Assembly (NCBI GenBank): GCA_047495785.1
Contig: JBLDXI010000024.1
Span: 496,001 to 560,000 of the forward strand
Source of the DNA: Lepidodermella squamata
Taxonomy: Eukaryota > Animalia > Gastrotricha
Length of the DNA: 64,000 nt
Direction: 5' to 3'
Position numbers and translations under genes: made by a program. Every line of letters starts with the position of its first letter. The first letter of the stretch is position 1. The notes beneath the pieces are model-generated. The model did no database searches. It was not told the origin of the DNA and worked only from the letters and a program-made list of their open reading frames with translations. This document shows, piece after piece, positions 14,201 through 25,026 of this stretch.

Positions 14201-17200
14201 GATGTAAGTTCGGACGTGGATGACGATGATGAGACTCACGATCTTGCTGCTGAGATGGGAAAACTGCTCGAAACTAGTGCAGTAGGCGAGGGTGGTAACT
14301 GGCTGGGCAAACAAGACCGATCTCACCTGCCACCTCTCCGTGAGACAGCACGCTCGCCGATTCATAAAGAAATAACTGTGATAGCCGAGGCTGAGCCGAT
14401 TTCGAAAAGCCGCCGATCTTCGTCGAGCAGTCTCAATCAAAACGCGAGTGACTGGCTGGGCATCGAGCCGGAGCCTGAACCGGAGAAGCCAAAGTCTCGA
14501 AAGCCAATCAGTCCAATAAATGTGATAGCTGTTGCGGAAGTCTCGAAACCGGCCGATGGTGATAAGGTGGAAGCGTTTGCACCGGCTTCTGAAATCTCGA
14601 TGCCGACCTTGCCGGCGTTCAGCAATTACGCCTTGTCGTCGACTACTCATATTCAAATTGTGGACGACAAATCGTATCAGAGACGCGATGAAGACGTAGA
14701 GCCGATTCGGAATAATAGTGTTAGTAATAAGGTGGAGAGCCCGTCTCCGAAATCGTCAAGCGCCGCTACGCCCCCGCGGATCCAGGCCCACAGATTCGCA
14801 GAGCCCGCTGCGGTGAAAGAACCGCCGCAGCCGGAGTATCACCAATTCGTCATTGGCTCGTCAAAAACCGCGGACGACGATACCCATAGCAACGACGGCG
14901 AGCTCAACGATGTCCAGCCCGTGATCGATAATTTGTTTTCGCTGAGTGGCTCGATCACAGGTGAGTTGATTTCTTTTTATTTATTGTATAAATTGCGAAA
15001 AATTAACGATTTTTAAACATTATAAAAACGATGTAATTGAGTGTGTATGTATGTAAATTTTGAAAGACCGCCGGCCACGATCGGCACATTACAGAAGTGA
15101 GAGTAAGATTGCTGGGTGCAATAAAAGCGCCGAAACAACATTCGATAAATCAAGTGCATGGCTTGACTCGTATTCGACCGCAGCAAAATTTAGCATGGCT
15201 TTATTCCGGAATCCTAGAAAACATAGATCAAGCTGATTTTTTTTATTTGCCCATATTCACTACTATGTCTTTTAACCGCGACCCTTATTGGAATGAATAT
15301 CAACGGAAATTTTGTGATGACACAGACACGTTCCAGCTCACGAAGGTGCAAGATGCTATCCGCCAGTTGTCAGCGCGGTGCCATGCCGACGAGCGAAAAA
15401 TCGCCAGTTTGCAAACCGAAAACAAAATGCTGCGGGACGATGTCGTTTTACTCGAGCAGTACGTTGTCATCGAAATGAGGTTGCCATAATAAATATTTTC
15501 ATTTTGTTTTTATTCCAGGAAACTCGAATCGATCAACATGGCAAAGTCCATGGCTGAGAAGAGCGTAGCGCAATTGGAGCTAAAAATATCGGCGCTAGAG
15601 TAAATTTTTGCCATTCAAATGTGATTGCCTCATAGCTGTTTTGTCCGTGTTTTTCCAGGGCCGAACAGGTCGCTGACGCGAGGCGAAGTAGCAGCTCTGG
15701 CGAAAGACTCAGAATTCAATTGCAAGAAGCCGAGCATAAAGTTGCCAGGTAAATTGGCTAGAATATTCTGTCTTGTTTTTATCGTTTTGTTTTGCAGCTT
15801 ACAAGACGAAAGCAAACAGCTTGAACGCGAGAGGAATCACATGGAGGCTAAACTAGTGTCTCTTGAAGGCATGTTGAAACAAGTCGAAGGCGAGCGGGAT
15901 TTCGCTAAGCAACAACACGCCTTACAACAGCAGCAACTGATGGCCGTGTCAACGAGCAGCCGCGACGAGTTGCGAACTGAAATCGCGCGATTGATGGAAG
16001 AAAACTCGAAATTGAACATGAGATTGGATGAAGCGACTCGTTTGCAGAAGCGCACGGAGGCCGAGCTGGACTCGCTGCGTAGTGAGCTGACCAATGCCAA
16101 AGCATCTGCTCGGATCAATGAACAGAGGATTGAGGAGAATCAACGGTCGAGCGATGTGCATATCAAACGACTGTCGGAAGATCTTATCAAACGCGAGGCT
16201 GAAATCGCGAAGACAGTCGAGCAGAACCGTAATTTGATGAGCCAACTCGAAGCAGCTAACACGAAAGTCGTCCGTCTCGAGAGCGATTTATCGACTATTT
16301 CTCGGTCTAATCAAGAACGGGCTCAACAGCTTCAATCGATGAGTGACGAATTCCGCATTACTAAGATTGAGGCAAATACCGAGCGCGATCATGCGAGGAA
16401 GCTCGAGTTGAAGAACGAAGCGCTTGAGCAGCGGCTGATCGACAGCGAACGTCGTTTGAATGAACTGCAACGGCAGCTTGACGATTCCAATCACGCGCTG
16501 ACTATTGCAAATCGCCGGATATCGTCTGGCCCTCAAGAAATGTATACGACAGGCCCGTCGCCCCTGGATACGCGTTCGTTATCGTTGATGGAAATGCGAT
16601 GCCACGAGTTGTTGGAGGCGAAGGCTCGATTGAATGAAGAACTAGTACGAATGGAGGCATCGAAACGAGGCGCTGAGCAGGAGGTGAAACACCTGTCATC
16701 GCGATTGATAGACCTAGAAAAACGAGCCACGACTGCCGAGGTGAATTTCGAAGGCATGCAACGAGCGTTGGAAGAAGCGAATCGACGCACTGAACGCTTG
16801 GGCGATGAAAGTAGGCGAGCTCAGAATGAATTGGCGGAGCGCAATTCGGAAATCGATCGTCTCCGTCGTGAACTAGCGGCTTTCCACGAAGCCGCCTCGG
16901 ATTTGGTCGGGCGATCGACGACTCAGGCAACAGTTTCGGAGTTGAAAACGCGTCTTAAATTGATGGAAGACGAGTTTAAGGCGAAGGAAGCGGAATTTTT
17001 TGAAACTCGGCAGAAATACGAGCTGCGCGATCAGTTGAATACGGCTGAAATGAACAAATTGAAGGCGCGAGCTGAAGAAGCACGTGGTCTCTGGGAGCAA
17101 GAAGTGAAGACTAAGGCCGGCGTTGGGCAGTTACTCATGGAAGCCGAGAGACGACGTGATGCGGCTGAAAGTGATGTAATGATGGCTAAAAACGAAAACA

Positions 17201-18324
17201 TCCGCCTTCAAGACCAAATCCGGCTGGCTGAGCGACGCCTCGAGGACGAGCGCAGCCGAGCCGGCGAAATCGAGTCTAAATTGGCTAAATCGAAGGCGAA
17301 GATTGCCGAGATGAAGGTGAAAATGGTTGGAGCGGCTGGTTACGACGAAAAGCTTGCGGATCTCAGCCGGCAATTAGATCAGCAGCGTATGACCTATGAC
17401 GAACGAATCGCCTTGCTGAAAAAGCAGGTGGAAGACGCTCGTCGGGAGGTTGAAGCTGAGCGTGCGATACGCGATCGAGTCGAGAATGACCGGCGTAATT
17501 TGGAGGTTCGCATTGCTCGAGTCGCGACTCTGGAAGCCCAGGTTGCGGAACTGATGCGGCAGAAGGCAGTTATCGATGCCGATTTCGCTCAGTATCGCGA
17601 CACCATCGCTAGAACTCACGTCGAACGATCTGTCATGGAGTGTAAAATCCAAGATGTTGAAGCGAAAATGAGAGCTGAATTCGATGCGAAGGTTGCGCAG
17701 TTTCATCTGTCCCTGGTTGATTTAGATAGAGAACGAGATCACACGGATGAATTGCGCCACGCGAATGAACAGTCCAAGTTAGCCCTCTACGACCTTGAAA
17801 AGCAGCAGTTGGCTGAAGAACTGACTAGAGTCCGCTCCGCCTATAATTCACTAGTCAACAACGACATGCAGGGCGATCAAAACCAGCCCATCACTTCGAC
17901 CCCTATCAACCCATCCGAAGCGCCGACCCTAATGATGTCGCCTAACAATAACGCCGATATAACAACGCAAACTGTCAGTCGTCGCTTAGTTTTCGACCGG
18001 CTGCAACCTGTCATGGGTAATGAGCATTTGTCGAAAATTTTGACCACTCAACTTCAGGGTAGCCGTAATCAACACTCTTCCTCAACTTCTCTCCTATCGA
18101 CACGGCTGATGAACCAGTCGACAGGCCGTTTGCCTTCTTCCTCCGGTATGCAGCGGGGTTCGTTGCTGTCCGCCTCTTTCCACTACGCTATTCCTTCAAC
18201 TGCATCGTCGTACCGAAATCAACGCCGTGATTTCAGCATTGAAAGCTTGCGCGCGCAACTTGATCGAGCCGTCGCGCTTGGGCTGAGTGGGAAAACGTTC
18301 AGCGCCGGTCATTCGATGATTTAA
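11234..18324 (+). CDS. ANKRD26: Ankyrin-repeat plus long C-terminal coiled-coil protein, ANKRD26-like, multi-exon
   Basis: Starts MKKIKNIF, followed by ankyrin repeats (SPLYIAC, GITPLMK, TALHLSV, GRTALMLSC), an acidic/Pro-Ser low-complexity middle (ORFs 12125-13267 and 14150-15016) and a ~700-aa coiled coil (ORF 15625-18324). GT-AG introns join the frames. Orthology is inferred from architecture. Confidence 0.7.
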
Positions 18325-19101
18325 CGAAGATCTCATCTTCCCTGTAAATGCTTCTCTCCTACCTATCAAAGTCGAGTCAACCTGGTGTTAGAGCTCTGTG
18401 ATGTATCATCTTGCTTCTAATCGTTTTTTTTACATTGAAGACTACGGTTCCCTACCAGCATATATACTCGTTTTTAGGGTGCGAATTGGACCAATTTTTT
18501 GATCTGAGAGAATGAAAAAATGTTGCTCATGAGTTTTACCTGTCTGTTATTCTCACTTGATGAAAAACTCAATTTGTTTCGAATCATACACTGTGTTATA
18601 ATCCGACGCTACTCATTCCACCGAATTGTTATAGCCACATTTTTTCCTTCGATTGAGTCACGTTTTGTGCCTGTCATGGGGGTGTGACTCACATTTGTGC
18701 AAACGTTTGTTTTGTCTCTCTCTATTTTTCTTACTTGAATATTATTAGTATGATACCAAATTTTTCACGCATTCAAAATTTTATATTTCAAAACGCACCG
18801 TATATTTACCTTCAAATTCATGCGTATTAATCTCACCAGCATTGAAAGTTGCTCATAGTGCGGTTTGCAGTGTCCTATTTTGCACCGTCTGATCTTCAGT
18901 TGACCTACTGTCATACTGGGGGCAGCTTTTTTATGTACATCGTAAGCATTCGTGTTGTACTCAATACCGCGTTAGTGCTTCGTTTTATTGGCGATGAATT
19001 AACCGATCAACAAAATTCATTAACAACAATAAATAAAACATGAAAAGTGCGAGATTAAAGCGTTGCCTTTTGTACGAAAAAAAACTTGTAACAGCTAAAC
19101 A

Positions 19102-21611
19102 TCAACTGGTATCTGGCGGCTGATACTCCGTGCAGTAATAATCGGCGGTATTGTAATATCGATATATCAACCTGTGCTTGTGGTTTCCGCAGTAGTACCT
19201 GAATAAATACGACAAGTTTTACAGGATATAAATCGTGAATAAAATACTACCGTTCCGGGTGACAACGTTCAGGTGGAACGTCTTCGAGATCAGGTTCGAC
19301 GAAAGGTATCACTGTGTTACGAGGCTCGTCAACGGAATAAGTTTGCGAAGCTGGTATCAACTGAAGTCTTTGATAACCAGCCACTCTCACCAATTGCGGC
19401 GAAATTCCAGGCCGGACTGCGCCGCCAAAATCTGGCGAACCTTGCACTGGCGAAGGGGGTGGTGGTTGTTGTGATGAGGCGCCGGCGCTGGCAACGGGCT
19501 GAGTTTTTTCCTCTGCAGGGTCTTCAGTGCAGTATTTGACAATCACGCATCTATTCAAGGCGACAAATATGCAGCCTATGCTTGGTAGGATGATGCTGAT
19601 AATTCCCGCGTAGAGCAACAACTTCAAATGTTGAGCTGATCCAGTTCTGAAAAGCAAAATGTTTCATTCAAATACTGAACTTCTAAATAGTCGACCTGTC
19701 TTCCTCTTCGCTTTCATGATGGTAACATGGATTTTCGATGTCGTCACGCCTGTTTATAGCTTTTCTGATAAAAAAAAACATGAGTAATTTCGATTTTTTT
19801 CGCAATAATAAGCTAACAGAAGCCTTTCCATTGATTGGCGAACTGACTCGGGAAAGCGGGTCGATTCAGATTCATTAGCGCGAACTGATAGGCGTCTGTG
19901 TTCGCGCCCAACGCTATGCAGGTATTCTCGAAGTGGCTGAAAGACTTTATCGAGGCATAGATCGCTTATCGTCGTTTGATTCATAATGGCATTCCCCGCT
20001 GACCATGCAATCTTGAAATCATGAATCAAAATAAATTAGATAATCCTGTTTTCCAAGCATACTCTGTTGATATTTCCTAGAAGGTGATCATTGAGTTGAG
20101 AAATCCCGGGTGAATCGTGATGGTCGTGAACCACTGTGATGACAAAATCATCGTCACATCTTCCGTTCCTCCAGACGAACATTCTCAAAGTCTGAGCCTA
20201 AAATAGATTAAAATGACAGTTATTTTTGTATATACCAACTTGCATCAGCCGGGTGGCTTCGGGTGGGCTGTCCCAAAATCTTTTATCTTTTCGCGATCTT
20301 CTATAATCGCGACTTTTCAGGGTGCGCTATTGCCATGTATGTTATGCAAACAAGTAAACATGAGCAGAAAAATGCGCTAAAGCGAGTGGCAAACGGTTCC
20401 GATGAAGGAAACGCTGGATATCTGATCGTTTCGAAATTGATTTCAAAATTTGAATTTAACCTTCTGTCTTACTAGGGCGTGAAATCACGGCTGCAGAACC
20501 TGCAAAAATGGGGAATGGCGCTCCCTTGAAATTTTCCAAAACCTGGAAATATTTGGAAATTTCCAGAAAAAGTCCTTATTTCCAAGTATTTTTAGGCGTT
20601 TTTCGATACTTTTTTCACGCTAAAAACCAAATATTTTGCTCGCTTCGCTCGCTTACCATTTTCCCAGTTATCTTCTTACTGCTACTCGAATACTCGAAAT
20701 TTGCCCTTCGAAAACATAGTCATATAACGGCTTAAAATCTGGAAATTTATATATAGTTCCCTGGAAGTCCCGCATGTTTTGCAGCCATGCGTGAAATAAC
20801 TTAAAAAAACCAGGTAATTAGGTTATCTTATGCTACAACGATCCTGTTATTACGTCGGCCTGACAAGTAGTCCGGTTAATTTGAACATCTCGTTCGCATC
20901 CCGTACTTCGCATAAACCGGAATTATTTCCACGACGCGATGGTTGCCCGGATTATACACAAATAGCTGTACTAATTCCAAATTCCAAATGCTGTACTAAT
21001 TTCAAGTTGAAACAAAAATGCAAGCTTACAAGCCATTCGAGAATCAAATCGTTGCGGTTCATTGACGCGTGAACCCCCAATTCTTCGTGGAGACTGGCAT
21101 TTATAAACGGTGTAGTCAACATTTCAGCGCCGTAAGGCGAGGCTTCGACGAAGCTGGAAATGTTGCGGACGAATTCGGACGGAACGATCACGACAATAAC
21201 GCGGAAGCCGTTTTCCTGCATTGTACAATGCTTCACTTTTTTACAGGAACATCCGCTACCAGTGATAATTTGAAGCGCCACGTCGGTCATTCGATCAACT
21301 TCAGCCGGCTCCAAAGAACATGACGGATCGCAAACAAATCGGGTATTGTGCAAAGCACAACATGGATTTACGTTAGCATCGATTGGATTCAGTGGGTTGG
21401 GAAATAAGCCTTCCAAGGCGTCTAAAATGTATCTAATGAACAACAAATTTTGAACGTGGCGAAAGGTCTTTCCAAAGATTTCTTACTTGTCAGGCGCCAA
21501 GTGTTCGATGCTTCGATAGTAGTCTTCGTTGTCATATTCTTGGGCCATATACGTCATGATAACGAACGACAGTGTGAAGAGCGAGGTGACATGCAGCAGC
21601 GCTGGGGGCAT
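19102..21611 (-). CDS. Single-pass membrane protein with MOLO-1/TPM-like extracellular domain, multi-exon
   Basis: Signal-peptide-like start MPPALLHVTSLFTLSFVIM (ATG 21611). FPNP...C...VCDPSCSL...C.C...C...GFRVIVVIV resembles the MOLO-1 family pattern. TM segment LLLYAGIISIILPSIGCIFVAL and Pro-rich tail; exons joined by GT-AG introns. Confidence 0.6.
20486..20789. mobile_element. hAT-type MITE (304 bp) inside an intron of the MOLO-1-like gene
   Basis: Imperfect TIR: CACGGCTGCAGAACCTGC versus the reverse complement of the right end, CATGGCTGCAAAACATGC (15/18 match). Perfect 8-bp TSD CGTGAAAT at 20478-20485 and 20790-20797. Confidence 0.8.
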
Positions 21612-22312
21612 GAAATACCGCTTTTTGATTTCCTATTTGATTCGACGGATTCAAACTAAGCCGAGATTGCTGCCAGGCTCGGCTTGAGGCCGTGGTTTGA
21701 GTAGGCATAGAATAACATTGTTCAAAGTGCAGTACATCGACTAGCATGCATCATAATTTTTCCTTCGGCTATGGACCAGATGTGGCTGAACTTTCGATTG
21801 ATGCTCATGAAAAAATCGGTAGGTATCTAAAAATCGAATAATTGATGAACAAGGTAACCGCTAAACGCGATTGTTTTTTCAGTACAACGAGTGCAATCAA
21901 AAACATGAGTGGAGAAAAGAGCCACGTGAGAATAACTATTTTCTTTGGTGCGTATATACTTTTCGAAACATTAGTAAAAAATGAGGCGCGATTCGACTGT
22001 TTAGACTTTTTCTTTGGGATTTCTTCATCAGTTTTGCGTTTTTTGGCGCGCGCTGGATTATTTTGCGCTGTATACCGAATCTGAATCATCGCTCGACTGC
22101 AATAATACAATTTGGGCCTTCGGCTTTTTAGCTTCGTTTATCTACCGAAAGCCTTCCAGGAACACCTCAGTTTTTTAAAGGGCATTGCTCTCGAATGTGC
22201 GTATACCAGCACATGCGCCGAGCGCACATGAGTGAAGCGATTTGCTGGGCCTAATAGCAATATTCTATATGTTATCGTGCGTAAACAAAGCGGAAATTTT
22301 GGCGCTATCTAC

Positions 22313-22515
22313 AGTAGTAAGGATGGGAACTTTGGATCAGTAATAGCAGTACGGCGATTTTTACTATAGCCGTTTGGTATAAATATACGCAATTTGGGAT
22401 CAGTAATGGCAGTACGGCGATTTTGACTATAGCCATTTGGCATAAATATACGAGCGTTGTATCAGTAATAGCACTACGGTCATTTTTACTATAACCGTTT
22501 CACATAAATATATAA
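22313..22515 (+). repeat. Left TIR, made of ~3 tandem 62-63-bp units
   Basis: Unit GATCAGTAATAGCAGTACGGCGATTTTTACTATAGCCGTTTGGTATAAATATACGCAATTTGG starts at 22335, 22398 and 22460, becoming more degenerate inward. Confidence 0.9.
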
Positions 22516-22678
22516 GTGCGTTTTATCCGTTGCCCCATAAATGTACGCAATGTTTATGATAAAATATACAGCGGGCATACTTTTTTTCTAAAACTATTAT
22601 GAGTCATGCTTTTGCATTCTTTCTGGGAATTAATTTGTAATATAAAAAATGCACACATGATAATTTATTTTTAATTTT

Positions 22679-22954
22679 TCAATCTTTGTAACAGTAATTA
22701 CAATTCCAATCACCACAATCTAGGCTGCATGCCTGATCTCTTGCTCGAGTTGCTATCATAAATCGTGATGCATCATTGATCAATTGTTCAACCTCCAATT
22801 GTGTGTTCAACATTTCGTTTATAGCTGCTGTCATTGCTCGTTGCAGATGGTCAATGCTTAGCAGTGCTTGATATAAGCGTTCACGACTAAACATAACAGA
22901 ATTTATTCAAGATTTTTTAAGAAAGAACCAAACTTACATGTCTTCTGCTTCCAT
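22679..22954 (-). CDS. Small spliced ORF in the Maverick-like element: helical body plus C-terminal Cys cluster
   Basis: MEAED plus intron 22887-22937 (GTAAGT...TTTAG, 51 nt) joins in frame to IRERLYQALLSIDHLQRAMTAAINEMLNTQLEVEQLINDASRFMIATRARDQACSLDCGDWNCNYCYKD*. The true start may lie further upstream. Confidence 0.5.
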
Positions 22955-24069
22955 CAATTTTCTTAGTTTCCAAAAAGATACTTGATTAGATACAGTAATC
23001 TAAGAACTCAAGCTAGCTCATCTTTTTTCCTGCTTTGTCCATTAGCTTATATAAATACACCTTACTTTCCATTAACCTTTTTTGTAAATAAACATTACTT
23101 TCTCCTATCAATCCCCCTTAACTTTAATCTAAAATATAATAAATATTTTTTACTTTGGCCATTAGCATTTATAAATACTCCTTTCTTTCCTGATATGTCC
23201 ATTAACTTGTTTTGTAAATAAACTTTACTTTCTCCTATCAATCCAACTTAACTGTAATCTAAAAAATATAAGAAACATTTTTTTACTCAAGGAAAATCGA
23301 ATAAAAGCAAAGATTAAGGTAGGGATAGCAAGGTCAAATAAGTTGCTATGATTATTGGCTATGATGAATCTTATGAAGCGATTTTCTACCGAGAAGATTT
23401 ACTTTTTCCTCCGAAATCATTAAATATATCACTAAATACCCTCTCTGGACGCATTACATTCGCTGAAGTCGCCCTGAAGTTTACGGTTGAGTGAAGGTAG
23501 ATTAGTGAGACCCTCGATTAAGGTTGATTTCCCGCTAAAACAAGAGACTTTAAATAGAATTCTATTCGGTGGAGTATATGAGACTTACGCCCCAATGTTG
23601 CCGACTATGCCGAAATGGTAGACTTTAGGATGCATCCAGCTTGCTTCAAGAAATATGCTAAGTGTATTCTTGAAGCATCTCTCTTAAATAGTCTGAGTGA
23701 TATTTCCATAAAAGGAAAAAACAGGGAGATGTTTTGTTTGAATTGTTTAAGGTAATTACACCGTAAAGGGTAAAAAATCCTAATTGCTTTTTATTTTGAT
23801 AAGTAAAAAATCGCATTGTTTAATTAGGGAGGATGTATAAGATTTATTGACATGATGTTTTCTTATTGAATTACCGACAGCAATTAAGGAGGATGTATAC
23901 AATACCAAGAATCTTTGATGAAAAGCATTAAAGCCAGCACTGAGGGGTCAACAGAGCTAAAGGCCCTAATGCATTTTTAAGGAAGATTGAATTACAAAAA
24001 CAATATGCCTGAAAGGAGGTAGCCGCTCACATAAAAATCGAACCTCAGTAACAATATAAATTATAAAAT

Positions 24070-24573
24070 ATGAAGCTGAAGGTAGAGCTAACAAGTAACA
24101 AAGCTAAAGAACCGACAAAGCATACTAAAGGCTCTGTGGGTTGGGACATCTATTCAGCAGAAGAGACGACACTGCAACCTGGAACCAGGGGACTGATTCA
24201 AACTGATATTAAAATCTGTTTACCACGAGGATATTATGGACAACTATTCAGTCGATCAGGAATGAGCATCAACCATGGAATCGATACGGTCGCTGGAGTA
24301 ATAGGTAAGAAGCAAATAATAATGAAAATTACTAATGAATATCTGTATTTTTCATGAATTAAAGACGCCGACTACACCGGAAAAATCGTAGTCTGCCTTG
24401 CAAACAACAGCAAAACACCTTACAAGATTAAAATAGGCGACCGTATTACCCAGTTGGTGTGTTTAAAATATGGTCGCTTAGAATCTGCAGTAACGGTAAC
24501 GGGGCCATTGAAAAACGCTCTAGCAGCAAATTCGACCCGTGGCGATAACGGATTCGGTTCATCTGGACGTTAA
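24070..24573 (+). CDS. dut: Trimeric dUTPase (147 aa, 2 exons; intron 24305-24364)
   Basis: All five motifs are present after splicing GTAAG...AAAG: GWDI, SRSG, AGVI|DADYTG, GDRITQLV and RGDNGFGSSG*. AT-rich TATA-like sequence lies just upstream. Confidence 0.93.
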
Positions 24574-24839
24574 CCCCTCCAATCAAGCCGCTACAAATCT
24601 CTGAACAAATGAATAGAAAAACTGATAAGACTTATCCCAGCTATAAATTCATTGCTTGAAACGTTAAGACTAATAAAAAGTGTTTGTGTGAATGAAAAAG
24701 GGCTCTATTGCAGCTGCACTAAAGAAGCAGTGTAAAAATGATTAGTTTAGCTCATAACAGGTGAAAAAACGAAGATTTGTTTATTTTAGTTAGGTGAAAT
24801 CATAGCAGTGGGTTAAAACGAAGGTATATTGACAAGAAG

Positions 24840-25026
24840 CGGCTATAGTACAAATCGCCGTACTGCTATTACTCATCCCCAAATTGCGTATATTTATACC
24901 AAACGGGTATAGTAAAAATCGCCGTACTGCCATTACTGATCGCAAATTGCGTATATTTATACCAAACGGCTATAGTAAAAATCGCCGTACTGCTATTACT
25001 GATCCAAAGTTCCCATCCTTACTACT
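24840..25026 (-). repeat. Right TIR, reverse complement of the left TIR, ~3 tandem units
   Basis: Repeated CTATAGTAAAAATCGCCGTACTGCTATTACTGATC units ending in CCAAAGTTCCCATCCTTACTACT. Confidence 0.9.

Larger units (their letters stand above)
22313..25026. mobile_element. Non-autonomous Maverick/Polinton-like element (2,714 bp) carrying dUTPase
   Basis: Ends AGTAGTAAGGATGGGAACTTTGGATCAGTAATAGCAGTACGG... and ...CCGTACTGCTATTACTGATCCAAAGTTCCCATCCTTACTACT. 6-bp TSD ATCTAC at 22307-22312 and 25027-25032. AG...CT termini, long TIRs and a 6-bp TSD are Maverick/Polinton hallmarks. Confidence 0.85.

Noticed and set aside
15630-17706. Many minus-strand ORFs
   Set aside because: They are antisense shadows of the long coiled-coil exon of the ANKRD26-like gene.
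22335-22515. Regularly spaced repeats as a CRISPR array
   Set aside because: The units are contiguous tandem copies without unique spacers, they are mirrored at 24840-25026 as a TIR, and the context is eukaryotic with no cas genes.
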